From assembly GCA_030740155.1 (NCBI GenBank), contig JASLXV010000074.1, positions 22,786 through 86,785 on the forward strand: DNA of 64,000 nucleotides, given 5' to 3'. This DNA is from Dehalococcoidia bacterium (GTDB lineage Bacteria; Chloroflexota; Dehalococcoidia; Lucifugimonadales; UBA3495). Every line of letters starts with the position of its first letter. Position 1 is the first letter of the stretch. Below, one piece after another: positions 40,439 through 50,308 of this stretch. The translations under genes and the position numbers were made by a program. A model generated the notes under the pieces. That model was not told the origin of the DNA, did no database searches, and saw only the letters and a program-made list of their open reading frames with translations.

Positions 40439-41791
40439 CTACCGGGTTTGACGTCCCCCGCGCCGGGACCCATCCGAAATGCCCAGCTTCCGTCGCACTG
40501 GCGCAAACGGCGGCGTCAAACCTATCGCCACCGCCAGGACGAGAATCGCCGCCGCAACCCCCGCCGGCAGATACCAGCCTGTCCCTCCCTCAGGCTCCGG
40601 CGTTCCCACGGGAGCAGGTCCGCCGCCGGTCTCCGGCTGGTCCCCGGCCTCGGCGTCTCCGATCCGAAGCGGCTGCTCCTTCACAATCCGATCCGGGGCC
40701 CCAAAGTACACTTCCGCGACAATCTTGTGTTCGCCCGGGGGCAAGGGCTGCCGGGACTCAAACCGCATATCCCCCGGTTTGCCGGGCAACAGCAGAGAAG
40801 GCCCGGTATCGAGGGTGGTGCCCAGCACCGTTCCGTCCGCGGCGTGGACGTATACCTGGACGCGGGGCCGCAGCGCCAGGTCGCCCTCATTCTCCAAAGT
40901 GACGACAATTCCCATGGGGAGGCCGGGACTCTCGACAGCGCGCAGGCCCGACACCGTCAGGACCGGGGTTGCGGTGAACTCGGCCCCGGCCGTGAGATGG
41001 GCGGTCCCCCCATAGGAAAAAGTGGCGGTCGCGGTGTACGAGTCACCGAGTGTCAGGGCCACTGCGGGGCCGGCCACCAGTTCGTAGCTCTCCCCTGGAT
41101 AGATCGCCGAACTCTCCGGGAACGCCGGTCTCGCGGGTAGCGGACCGTCGCTCCCGTTGATCTCCACGAACCCATCGGCGACGAAGTGGATGTTGCCGCG
41201 ATTGACCAACTGAGCGCGAAAGGTTACCAGCCCGTTGGGCTCCAAGACGGGCGCGAACCAATCCACGGCAGTCCCACGGAGCAGGCGACCCCGGCCGTCA
41301 AGGGCAACTAGGAAAGGGACCACCGTGGCAGCGGTGGTGGTCCCGGTGTCTTGCAAAGGGTCCATGGACACGGCGTCGAAGGCCACGGCCGCATACCACC
41401 CGCCGGAGGGCAGTTCCCCCTCCGGGGCCTCGACAGTAACGGTGACCGTTCGTTCCCCATAACCGGCCACCAGGAAGCTGCCGGGCTCGACCGTCAGCCA
41501 GTCGACCGCGGACGGGCCTCCGGCCCCTTCCCGGTACTGCTCGACGGACGCGGAAATCCGGATGGGGTGGCGCACCTGGTTGAACACCGTGACCTCCCGG
41601 CTGGCCACGTCACCGGGGGCGAAGGTCATCTCCACCGGCGAAGGCGCGGCGCTGATGCCCAAGTCGTCGGCATTCGCCGGTCCCGAAAGCGAAGCTGCGA
41701 TTGCTAGACCGCAGAAGAAGAGCACCGCCAGCAGGGTTTGGCGTCCCGGCAACGGGAACGGCCGCCGAGGCAGGTTGACTCCCCGGCTCAT
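40439..41791 (-). CDS. Secreted Ig-like beta-sandwich protein with a C-terminal membrane anchor
   Basis: Signal peptide; repeated NxGN/NEGD motifs; C-terminal TM plus basic tail. Confidence 0.65.
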   Translation of the reverse strand: MSRGVNLPRRPFPLPGRQTLLAVLFFCGLAIAASLSGPANADDLGISAAPSPVEMTFAPGDVASREVTVFNQVRHPIRISASVEQYREGAGGPSAVDWLTVEPGSFLVAGYGERTVTVTVEAPEGELPSGGWYAAVAFDAVSMDPLQDTGTTTAATVVPFLVALDGRGRLLRGTAVDWFAPVLEPNGLVTFRAQLVNRGNIHFVADGFVEINGSDGPLPARPAFPESSAIYPGESYELVAGPAVALTLGDSYTATATFSYGGTAHLTAGAEFTATPVLTVSGLRAVESPGLPMGIVVTLENEGDLALRPRVQVYVHAADGTVLGTTLDTGPSLLLPGKPGDMRFESRQPLPPGEHKIVAEVYFGAPDRIVKEQPLRIGDAEAGDQPETGGGPAPVGTPEPEGGTGWYLPAGVAAAILVLAVAIGLTPPFAPVRRKLGISDGSRRGGRQTR

Positions 41792-41943
41792 CTCTTTCTC
41801 CTATTTGCCTTCCGCCGGCCCCTGCGGGAAGCGAAGATCAGGGCGATAAGGATTCCTCCCAGCAGAACGGCGAGGACAATCTCGTCCCCGAATCCCGAAG
41901 ACCCCCCGGCACCGTGCAGAAGCGTGGCGGGTACGGCGCTCAA
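41788..41943 (-). CDS. Small single-TM protein (51 aa)
   Basis: (M)SAVPATLLHGAGGSSGFGDEIVLAVLLGGILIALIFASRRGRRKANRRKR*; its stop overlaps the next ATG (ATGA). Confidence 0.5.
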   Translation of the reverse strand: MSAVPATLLHGAGGSSGFGDEIVLAVLLGGILIALIFASRRGRRKANRRKR

Positions 41944-42364
41944 GAGACCGTTTGGCTCGTGGCAGAGGGTATAGCCACGTGGTGGGGGGTGAATGGTCTC
42001 TGGCGCGGAGCTTGGCCCATATTATCCACCTACGAATCCATCGGATCGCCGGAGGGTTGCGCATGCCGAAGTGCGGCCCGCGCCGCGCCTCGGGTAGTCC
42101 CAACCTTCCCTTTGCCGGCGTCGGGAGCGGCGACCCTTTCGCCGCAGTCTAAGGACATTATACTCGTGGAATACGGCGCCGTCGGGGTCTGGCCTTCAGT
42201 CCGCGCTAAAGGCAGCGTGCGGGCTGATAACCGCAGCCTGAATGGAAGCTAGCCGGGCGGGTTGCCTGGTATTGCCGTGAACCCGCCAGGTAGTTTCTTG
42301 ACTCTAACTTGAGCGCAGCTTAAACTGATGCCAGAAAATAGTCACTTTTGGACGAAACATTAAC

Positions 42365-44137
42365 ATGAATGGCCCTCCATACCTGGGTGAAGACGTTGCA
42401 TTATTCATCGATTGGGAAAACTTCAAGATCAGCCTCGCCACCGGCCGCCGCCACCCCAACGTCTCCGCGCTGAAAGAAGAGGTCTCCAACCTCGGCCGCG
42501 TCGTGGTGGCCAAAGCCTATGCCGATTGGGTGACCCGGGCCCCAGAGCTGAGGGGGGCCAGCCAGTTCATCAATGATCCGCCGGCCCTTTACGCGGCGGG
42601 AATCGAGCCGGTCTACGTCCCAACTAGGCTGGCTTACGGCGGCACCGCATCGTCACCGCCCGGCCGCACCTTCCGGGTGAAGAACAGCGTCGACGTGAAG
42701 ATGACCGCCGACTGCATTGAGTGCGCCCACTCCTATCCTAACATCGGTACTTACGTGCTGGTATCGGGCGACTCCGACTTCATCCACGTGGTCAACACCC
42801 TGCGCACCATGGGCAAACGGGTGGTCATAATCGGGGTTTCCTGGGCCACCTCCCGCCGGCTGGCCGACAACGTGGACGGTCTGATTCTTTACGATGTGGA
42901 CGTCGACCCGGTCACTCCCGTCGAGCCCACCCCCGCCCCCGAACCCGTGGGCGACGGCCGGGGCCCGTCCCGCGATGGCGGCAACCGGCCGGAGTTGGAT
43001 GCGGTCATCCGGGAGATCGAGGAGATTGTCCGAAGCGAGCGGCAGGCCGGCGGCACGCCCCTGTTGACCTCCATCAAGCAGCGGCTGATGCGCCGCTTCC
43101 CGGGCTTCGACGAAAAGAAGCTGGGGTATTCCGGATTCAAGAAGCTGATGGCGCGGGTGGCTCAGGAGGGGAACGTCAAGCTCACGACCGCGGGGCTGGT
43201 GGACTGGGCAACCATGGCCGACGAGCCGGTCCCAGCCGACGGTACGATCGAGGAACCCCAAGACGAGGCGCCGGAAGAACCCAAGGAAGTTGCCGCTCCT
43301 ACGAGACGACGGGGGCGCTGGGGCAGGTTCTCCCGGAAAGCCAAGCCTGATGACGTGCCGGACCCCGCCCTCAGCGAGGCGGAGGAGGCACCCGAACCCG
43401 AACCCGAACCCGGCCCCGACCCTGCACTTGAATCCGAACCTGAACCCGAACCCGAACCCGAACCTGAGGTGGCTTCGGTAATCGCCTCCGAGGCGGTCCA
43501 GGAACCTCCCGCCAGCGGGTCCGTGGAGTCCGCATCGGCCTTGTCCGACACCCTCGGGGGCCTGCAGTTGCCGGAAGGGCCCGGCGACGGGCTGGACGCC
43601 GAACGGGTTGCCGATTTGATCGTGATGGCCGATACGCTGGAGAACCGGGAAGGCATCAGCCACGTGGCCTTCAATTACCTGGCGGGGGAGGCCTGCCAGG
43701 CGCTGGAACAAGGGCTGGAGGCGGAACACGAGGAGATCACCCAGCGCTGGGCTCAGGTGTATTCCCGTACCTACGTGAGCAAGATGCTTCGAGAGCTGAG
43801 CAACGGCAGCCTGTTCCAACGGGGCTGGCACTCCTGGCGGGACGAGGCCTCCGGCCATCACCGCCGGCGGCGTACCTTCAACCTGGAACGAAGCAATCTC
43901 GTGGTGCAACAGGTTCTGAAATCCCGCTGGCAGCCGGCGGACGAAACCCCGCAGCCTGAATCACGGGCTGAAGAACCGGCGCCGGTAGCCACGGCGCTCG
44001 ACGACGAGTACTCGGAAGCGGGGCTCCAGGATCGGGGATCACAGGATCGGGGATCAGAAGATGCGTCGCCGATACCGGACGACTACGGGAAGGCCAGCGG
44101 GTCATTCCTGTCGCGGCTGTTCCGCCCAAAGAGCTAA
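42365..44137 (+). CDS. NYN-domain (PIN-fold) protein with LOTUS/OST-HTH domain and acidic tail
   Basis: ALFIDWEN, KNSVDVKM, LVSGDSDF; FDEKKLGYSGFKKL; (EP)n linker. Confidence 0.85.
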   Translation: MNGPPYLGEDVALFIDWENFKISLATGRRHPNVSALKEEVSNLGRVVVAKAYADWVTRAPELRGASQFINDPPALYAAGIEPVYVPTRLAYGGTASSPPGRTFRVKNSVDVKMTADCIECAHSYPNIGTYVLVSGDSDFIHVVNTLRTMGKRVVIIGVSWATSRRLADNVDGLILYDVDVDPVTPVEPTPAPEPVGDGRGPSRDGGNRPELDAVIREIEEIVRSERQAGGTPLLTSIKQRLMRRFPGFDEKKLGYSGFKKLMARVAQEGNVKLTTAGLVDWATMADEPVPADGTIEEPQDEAPEEPKEVAAPTRRRGRWGRFSRKAKPDDVPDPALSEAEEAPEPEPEPGPDPALESEPEPEPEPEPEVASVIASEAVQEPPASGSVESASALSDTLGGLQLPEGPGDGLDAERVADLIVMADTLENREGISHVAFNYLAGEACQALEQGLEAEHEEITQRWAQVYSRTYVSKMLRELSNGSLFQRGWHSWRDEASGHHRRRRTFNLERSNLVVQQVLKSRWQPADETPQPESRAEEPAPVATALDDEYSEAGLQDRGSQDRGSEDASPIPDDYGKASGSFLSRLFRPKS

Positions 44138-44189
44138 CCGGGGGGCCGCCCGAAGCCGGCTCCCCTTCCCCCGGAACCGGGTTGCCGGC

Positions 44190-46400
44190 CTAATCCCCTG
44201 ACACCCCATCCAGGCCGTTCCTCCAGGCGCTGGTGATTTCCTCGAGGGTCAGGTCCACTCGCCGGCTCCAGCGCAGGCGAGTGCCTCCGGTGACACCCAG
44301 TCGTTGGATGGGCACGTTCAGGTCCGTGGCCAGCGCCTCCAGGCTGGTTGACTGTCCTGGGCTCAGGGACACGACGATGCGGGACTGGCTTTCTCCGAAC
44401 AGTGCCGTATCCCACCGCTGGGGAAGGCCTCCGTCGCCTCGAAACCCCACCCCGCCCTGGATGCAGCTTTCGGCCAGCGCCACTGCCAGCCCGCCTTCAG
44501 AGCAGTCGTGGGCCGAGGCGATGCATCCGGCCCGGATACCCCGGCGGCACAGCTCCTGCACCCGTTTCTCCAAGGCTAGGTCAATGTCGGGCCGGCCTTC
44601 CACGCGGCCGTGGACCAACTGGAGGTATTCGCTGCCGGCCAGGGCCGAGGACCGCGTTCGCCAGCCGTCGCTCCCCAGCAGGACTACCGGGAGACCTTCC
44701 TCCGGGAACGAGGACCGGCGGTACCGGGTCACGTCCTCCAGCAGCCCCAGCCCGCCCAGCACCGGCGTGGGATAGATGGCCTGACCCCGGGACTCGTTGT
44801 AAAGGCTGACGTTGCCGCTCACCACGGGCACGCCCAGGACCTGGCAGGCTCGGGCCATCCCCCGGATGCACCACTCCAGCTGGTAGTAAACCTCGGGTTT
44901 CTCCGGGTTGCCGAAATTGAGGCAGTCGGTGACGGCCAGAGGCTCGGCCCCAGAGCAGGACAGGTTGCGGCAGACCTCGGCGACGGCTATCTGGCCGCCC
45001 CGGAACGGGTCCAGGAAGCAGTAGCGGCCGTTGCCGTCGATGCTCAGGGCGATGGCTTTGCCCGTCCCCTTGATCCGCAGCACCGCGGCGTCGCTTCCCG
45101 GTCCCACCACGGTGTTGGTCTGCACCTGGTGGTCGTACTGACGGTAGACCCGCTCCTTGCTGGCGATGTTGGGCGACCCCAGCAGCTTCAGCAGTGTGTC
45201 TCCGGGCCCGGCGGACGGCAGCAGAACGCTGGAGAGGACCAGCCGCTGGCGTTGCTGCTGTTCCGGCGAAGGGACCCCCTTCAGTCGATAGCGGGGGGCG
45301 TTGACCAGGTGTTTGATGGGCAGCCGCGCCACCGGCTGGGACCCGTTGAATATCCGGGCTTCGGGCTGTGATATGACCTGGCCGATGTTATGGCAAGGAA
45401 CATCCCACTTCTGGAACACCTTTTTGATCCGGTCCACCCCACCGGGGGGCACCACCAAGAGCATTCTCTCCTGAGACTCGGAGAGCATTACCTCATAGTC
45501 TCCCATGCCCTCTTCCCGGCGGTGGACCTGGGAGATATCCAGCCGCAGGCCGTGCCCGGCCCGGGCCGCGGACTCGATGGCCGCGCTGGTCAGGCCGGCG
45601 GCTCCCAGGTCCTGCACCGCCCAGACGACGCCGGTGGCGAGGGCTTCCAGGCAGGCTTCAATGAGGACCTTTTCCAGAAAGGGGTTGCCCACTTGAACGG
45701 TGGGGCGCCTTTCCTGCTCTTCTTCAAAGGTTCGAGATGCCAGCCCCGATGCGCCGTGAATCCCGTCCCGGCCCGTTCCGGCTCCCACCAGCAGGAAGAC
45801 GTTGCCCACCTTCCCCGCCGCCGCGGTGGCCACGCGGTCTTTGCGGACCAGGCCGACGCACATGGCGTTGACCAGGGGGTTTTGGGAGTAGGAGGCGTCG
45901 AAGCAGATCTCGCCAGCCACGTCGGGGACGCCGATGCAGTTGCCGTACCAGGAGATGCCGCTGACCACGCCTTCGAACAATCGCCGGTTTTGGGGGTCAT
46001 CCGCGGGACCGAACCGCAGCGAGTTCAGCAGCGCTACGGGCCGCGCCCCCATGGCCAGGATGTCCCGGACGATGCCACCCACTCCGGTGGCGGCGCCCTG
46101 GTGGGGCTCCACCGCCGAAGGGTGGTTGTGGGACTCGACTTTGAAAACCACGGCCAAGCCGTCGCCGATGTCCACCGCCCCGGCGTTCTCCTCCCCGGAC
46201 CGGGACAGGACCCGCGGAGAGCGGCTGGGCAGGAACCGGAGCAGCGCCCGGGAGTGCTTGTAGCCGCAGTGCTCGCTCCAGAGGGCGCCGAACATGCCCA
46301 ACTCCACCGGGTTGGGCTCCCGCTTCAGCCGGTCCACGATCAGGTCGTACTCGGCCTGGCTAAGGGCGATTTCGTCCAGGGTCTTCTTGCTTACGGGCAC
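44190..46400 (-). CDS. purL: Phosphoribosylformylglycinamidine synthase subunit PurL
   Basis: WSEHCGYK, KVESHNHPS, GRDGIHGA, SESQERM, LNFGNPE, SGNVSLYNE. Confidence 0.97.
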   Translation of the reverse strand: MPVSKKTLDEIALSQAEYDLIVDRLKREPNPVELGMFGALWSEHCGYKHSRALLRFLPSRSPRVLSRSGEENAGAVDIGDGLAVVFKVESHNHPSAVEPHQGAATGVGGIVRDILAMGARPVALLNSLRFGPADDPQNRRLFEGVVSGISWYGNCIGVPDVAGEICFDASYSQNPLVNAMCVGLVRKDRVATAAAGKVGNVFLLVGAGTGRDGIHGASGLASRTFEEEQERRPTVQVGNPFLEKVLIEACLEALATGVVWAVQDLGAAGLTSAAIESAARAGHGLRLDISQVHRREEGMGDYEVMLSESQERMLLVVPPGGVDRIKKVFQKWDVPCHNIGQVISQPEARIFNGSQPVARLPIKHLVNAPRYRLKGVPSPEQQQRQRLVLSSVLLPSAGPGDTLLKLLGSPNIASKERVYRQYDHQVQTNTVVGPGSDAAVLRIKGTGKAIALSIDGNGRYCFLDPFRGGQIAVAEVCRNLSCSGAEPLAVTDCLNFGNPEKPEVYYQLEWCIRGMARACQVLGVPVVSGNVSLYNESRGQAIYPTPVLGGLGLLEDVTRYRRSSFPEEGLPVVLLGSDGWRTRSSALAGSEYLQLVHGRVEGRPDIDLALEKRVQELCRRGIRAGCIASAHDCSEGGLAVALAESCIQGGVGFRGDGGLPQRWDTALFGESQSRIVVSLSPGQSTSLEALATDLNVPIQRLGVTGGTRLRWSRRVDLTLEEITSAWRNGLDGVSGD

Positions 46401-47590
46401 GGGTGGACCCCACCGCCGGCGACGCTGAAGTAGGTGGCTGCCGGGCCAAAAAACCCTCGGATATTCTCCGGTTCAGTCGTGGTTATCAGCGTTTGCTCGT
46501 ATTGGGTTGCCTTCTCCAAGACCCTCTTCCCCCTCTGTGCGTCCAATTCCGATAGAACGTCGTCCAGCAATATGATGGGCCCCTCCCCGCGCACCGAGGC
46601 CAGGTAGGCGGCCTCGGCCAGCCGCAGGGTCAGGGCCAGGGTGCGGGCCTGACCGCGAGATGCAAAGGTGCCCATGTCCACCTCGTTTATCCGAAGATCG
46701 AAGTCATCCCGGTGGGGTCCCACCGCCGTGCCGGCCGTGGCCCGCTCCCTCGGCGCCGCAGCCGCCAGCGATTCACGGAACCGGTCCTCCGTGGCCGGGA
46801 GCCCGTCGCCAAGGGGAACACTGGGCCGGTACTCCACCTGCAAATCTTCCTCCGGGCCGCTCAATTGGCGGTGATGCTCGGCGCAGGAGGGAGCAAGGGC
46901 CTCAATCACCTCATGGCGCCGGCACGTGATCCAAGCGCCCTCCCTGACCAACTCGTCGTCCCAGAATGCCAGCTCACCGGCCTGGGCCCGGCCGTCCCGG
47001 AGCATCCGCAGCAACTGGTTGCGCTGTTGCACCACCCGCTGGTAGCGCTGCAGGCCCTTCAAGTAGAGAGGGTCGGCCTGGGATATCAGGATATCCAAGA
47101 AGCGGCGCCGGTCGGCGGGAGGCCCCTGGACCAGCCGGATGTCGTCGGCGCTGAACAGGACGGCGGTGACCAGGCCCACCAACTCCGATGCGGTGCGGCG
47201 CACCCGGCTGACCCGTATCTGCTTGCGCACCGATAGACCCCGGCGGCCGGCGCCATAGGGCCGGACGTCCGGCGCCCCGGAGCCGGGCACGCCGGGCAAG
47301 CATTGATACCCTACATAGATTTGAAGACGCTCGCCCTGTTGCTCAACGGTGCCGCCCACCAGCCCCTGGCCGCCCTCCGCGGCAGCCTGAAAGTTTACCA
47401 CCTCCCGCTCGTCCCCGGCGCGAAAGGACCGGGCGATGGCCAGCAGGTAAACCGCCTCCAGCAGGGTGGTCTTGCCCTGAGCGTTGGGCCCGAAGAACAC
47501 CACCACGCCGGGAGGAAGCTCGAGGTCCAACTCCACCAGGCTGCGGAAGTTGGTCAGGTTAAGGTGGGAGAGGTACGCCAACCGGTCCAA
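46391..47590 (-). CDS. recF: DNA replication/repair protein RecF
   Basis: GPNAQGKT, RRRFLD, GPHRDD, SRGQAR, LLDDVLSELD. Confidence 0.96.
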   Translation of the reverse strand: MDRLAYLSHLNLTNFRSLVELDLELPPGVVVFFGPNAQGKTTLLEAVYLLAIARSFRAGDEREVVNFQAAAEGGQGLVGGTVEQQGERLQIYVGYQCLPGVPGSGAPDVRPYGAGRRGLSVRKQIRVSRVRRTASELVGLVTAVLFSADDIRLVQGPPADRRRFLDILISQADPLYLKGLQRYQRVVQQRNQLLRMLRDGRAQAGELAFWDDELVREGAWITCRRHEVIEALAPSCAEHHRQLSGPEEDLQVEYRPSVPLGDGLPATEDRFRESLAAAAPRERATAGTAVGPHRDDFDLRINEVDMGTFASRGQARTLALTLRLAEAAYLASVRGEGPIILLDDVLSELDAQRGKRVLEKATQYEQTLITTTEPENIRGFFGPAATYFSVAGGGVHPCP

Positions 47591-47719
47591 GCCCTCCCGG
47601 TACGCCGTTTATCACGGCTCCTATTGTACCAGCCGGGAACGGCCGAAAGCGCTGGAACTGCGGACGCTTGCGGGACCGCGGGCCGGTTGACCTCGCGGCC
47701 CAGGGGGTGGAATTGCTCC

Positions 47720-48505
47720 CTACTCCTGGGCTTGGAGAGTTTGAATCTCCGCTTCCAGAGCCAGGGCGCTGGAGACATCCCCGGCGGAGAGGCGAAAACA
47801 GCGGTCCAAGTAGAGCTGGGCCAACCTCGACCCTTTCCTCGAAGTGTCTTTTGCCACGGCCAGCAGGGTGGAAACCCAGAACTCCTCCGGCAGGTGCCGG
47901 GCCAGGGTCCTGATATCCTCAGCTGCCTCGTCGGCCTCCCGGGAGTCCTGTCCCTCCACGGCGAAGCGCAGCTTGCCCAGCAGCCGGGACAGCTCGCCGA
48001 GCTTGTCGCTCTCGCTCATCAGGCCGAAGAGGACCTCGTTGACGTGGTAGGAGCGGTCGTCCTCGGGCTCCCGGCTGGCGATCTCCGGGCTGCCGGCGGT
48101 TTCCAGCGCCGGGGCCGCACCGCCCCCAACGAAGCTGGAGTACATTTGCGAGTACTCCTGCACCGCCTCGGTGACCGCCTCCATCATCCGCGGCAGGTCG
48201 AAGGAAAACATGTTGGACCCGTAGACCAGGTCATCGTCTCTCAGGCGGCTCAACCGCTCCAGTTCCTGATAACTATCGACCGGCTCGGGAACGGGCGGCA
48301 TGGCGAAGGCGGAAAAGTCGCTCAAGGGCAGGTTGCCCAGGTGGGAGGAAAGAAAGGGCGGGACATACTTGGTGAGGTCCGCCTTGATCGGCAGGGTGAC
48401 GACGTAGGTGGCGTACACGCGGTCCGGTTCGGTGTCCACCCGGAAGTAGAGCATGGCGTGACCTTTGGGGCGTTGGGGGTCTCCCCTTTCGAAGGTGATG
48501 TCCAT
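47720..48505 (-). CDS. Hypothetical protein
   Basis: 261-aa ORF with genome-typical codon usage and a helical C-terminus; no motif recognised. Confidence 0.7.
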   Translation of the reverse strand: MDITFERGDPQRPKGHAMLYFRVDTEPDRVYATYVVTLPIKADLTKYVPPFLSSHLGNLPLSDFSAFAMPPVPEPVDSYQELERLSRLRDDDLVYGSNMFSFDLPRMMEAVTEAVQEYSQMYSSFVGGGAAPALETAGSPEIASREPEDDRSYHVNEVLFGLMSESDKLGELSRLLGKLRFAVEGQDSREADEAAEDIRTLARHLPEEFWVSTLLAVAKDTSRKGSRLAQLYLDRCFRLSAGDVSSALALEAEIQTLQAQE

Positions 48506-48602
48506 CTGCCGCTATCCCGCAGGGCCGAATTTACCGCAAGAATATTATAAGGCATCATCCAGGGGTAAGCCATAGCGTTGCTCAGGGTGCCCGGCCGGGG
48601 GA

Positions 48603-48721
48603 CCCTCCTCAAATGCGCCCTGGAAAATGTCACCCCGAGTGAAGCGAGGGGTCTGAGTCTGGGGCTCCAGGAGGCCAAGGAGAGACCCCGCACTAGATTC
48701 CTCGCTTCACTCGGAATGACA
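48603..48721 (-). repeat. Family B REPIN-like element, inverted copy
   Basis: Reverse complement matches 16556-16683, including the internal spacer and 3' flank. Confidence 0.8.
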
Positions 48722-49191
48722 GTCTTCGGGTAAAGCCCCGGCCGGGGTGGCCGCAGCTTTTCCGGGGAGAGGTTGCTTGATGGAAACCGGAAGGATGGGC
48801 AACCCCGCCATGAGGGGTCAGGATCGGTAATCCACGGCCGGGAGCCGTGGTTTGATGGGGGGCCAGATTGCTTGTATACTGTGGTGCGGGCCGGTGCGGA
48901 CGGCCCATATCCGGTGATTTTGAAACCAGAAGGCCTCCGGCCGTCGGCCCGGCCGGCGCCGAGGCAACCCACATTGGCTCAGGGTTGGGCCGTCGGCTCA
49001 ACTAATACCGATCATCATGAATTACGTTTCCTGTTGCCCGCCTCCCGGAGGTTGATCCTGGTCCGGAGGACGCGACAGGCTGCCTAGGGCGATGCGCGTC
49101 GCGGCGCCGGCGCGAGCCCTACCTTCGAACGGGTCTCAAGACACCCGGTTGGCCGCCAGGCGGCCGGCACACGCTGTAGCTGGGAGGAGTC

Positions 49192-50289
49192 GTGGAGTTC
49201 AAGATCGCCGTACTGGCTGGTGACGGCATTGGGCCCGAGGTAACAGCGGAAGGCGTGAAGGTACTGGAAGCGGTGGGGCGCGCTTTCGGCCACCGGATGG
49301 AGCTGGAGTACGGTGATGTCGGGGGGATCTCCATCGACAATCACGGCACCCCGCTTTTGCCGGAGGTGCGCCGCCTGGCGGAGTCGGCCGACGCGGTCCT
49401 ATTCGGATCGGTTGGCGGTCCCAAGTGGGATGACCCCTCCGCCAGCGTGCGCCCCGAGGACGGGCTACTCCTGTTACGCGCCCAACTGGGCGTTTTCGCC
49501 AACATTCGCCCGGTCAGGGCCTACCCCTGGTTAGCCGACTCCAGCGTGTTCAAGCCCGAGGTCCTGAACGGCGTCGACATGGTGGTGGTGCGGGAGCTGA
49601 CCGGAGGCCTTTACTACGGCCTGCCCAAAGGCCGCCACGAGACCCCCCAGGGCTGGGCGGCCGTGGACACCATGCGCTACAGCGAGGCGGAAATCGAGCG
49701 CATCCTGCGGGTGGGGTTCGAACTGGCCCAGGGTCGCCGGGGCAAGCTGGCCTCGGTTGACAAGGCCAACGTGTTGGAGTGCTCCCGGCTGTGGCGGCAG
49801 ACGGCGACCCGCCTGGCGAACGAGTACCCCAACGTGGAGTTGGAACATGTGCTGGTGGATGCCTGCGCTATGCACCTGATCCAACATCCGGCGCGCTTCG
49901 ACGTCATCGTGGCGGGGAACACCTTCGGCGATATTCTGACCGACGAGGCCTCGGTCTTGGGTGCATCGATGGGACTCTTGCCCTCGGCCAGCCTGGCCCA
50001 GGTTCCCCGGTTGCAAGGAGGCCAGGGCACGAAGGGCCTGTACGAGCCGATTCACGGAACGGCCCCGGACATCGCCGGGAAGGGCATTGCCAACCCCATA
50101 GGTTCAATACTCAGCGTCGCATTGATGGCGCGCTACTCCCTGGGTCTTACCGAGGAGGCGGCCAGCGTGGAGCGGGCTGTGGAGCAGGTGCTGGAGGGCG
50201 GCTACCGTACCGCGGACATCGCCGCGCCCGGCGTCACCCCGATCGGCACCGTGGCAATGGGCGACTTAATCGTGGAGGCATTGGCGTGA
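49192..50289 (+). CDS. leuB: 3-isopropylmalate dehydrogenase
   Basis: [48 protein letters not shown]. Confidence 0.96.
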   Translation: MEFKIAVLAGDGIGPEVTAEGVKVLEAVGRAFGHRMELEYGDVGGISIDNHGTPLLPEVRRLAESADAVLFGSVGGPKWDDPSASVRPEDGLLLLRAQLGVFANIRPVRAYPWLADSSVFKPEVLNGVDMVVVRELTGGLYYGLPKGRHETPQGWAAVDTMRYSEAEIERILRVGFELAQGRRGKLASVDKANVLECSRLWRQTATRLANEYPNVELEHVLVDACAMHLIQHPARFDVIVAGNTFGDILTDEASVLGASMGLLPSASLAQVPRLQGGQGTKGLYEPIHGTAPDIAGKGIANPIGSILSVALMARYSLGLTEEAASVERAVEQVLEGGYRTADIAAPGVTPIGTVAMGDLIVEALA

Positions 50290-50308
50290 GGCTGGAGGCA
50301 GGCACCAT

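Noticed and set aside
41801..42103. 100-aa minus-strand ORF
   Set aside because: Arg/Pro-rich and unconvincing; an overlapping frame gives a better 51-aa TM peptide
48730..49190. Leu T-box or attenuator upstream of leuB
   Set aside because: No T-box bulge, specifier stem or Leu-rich leader peptide found
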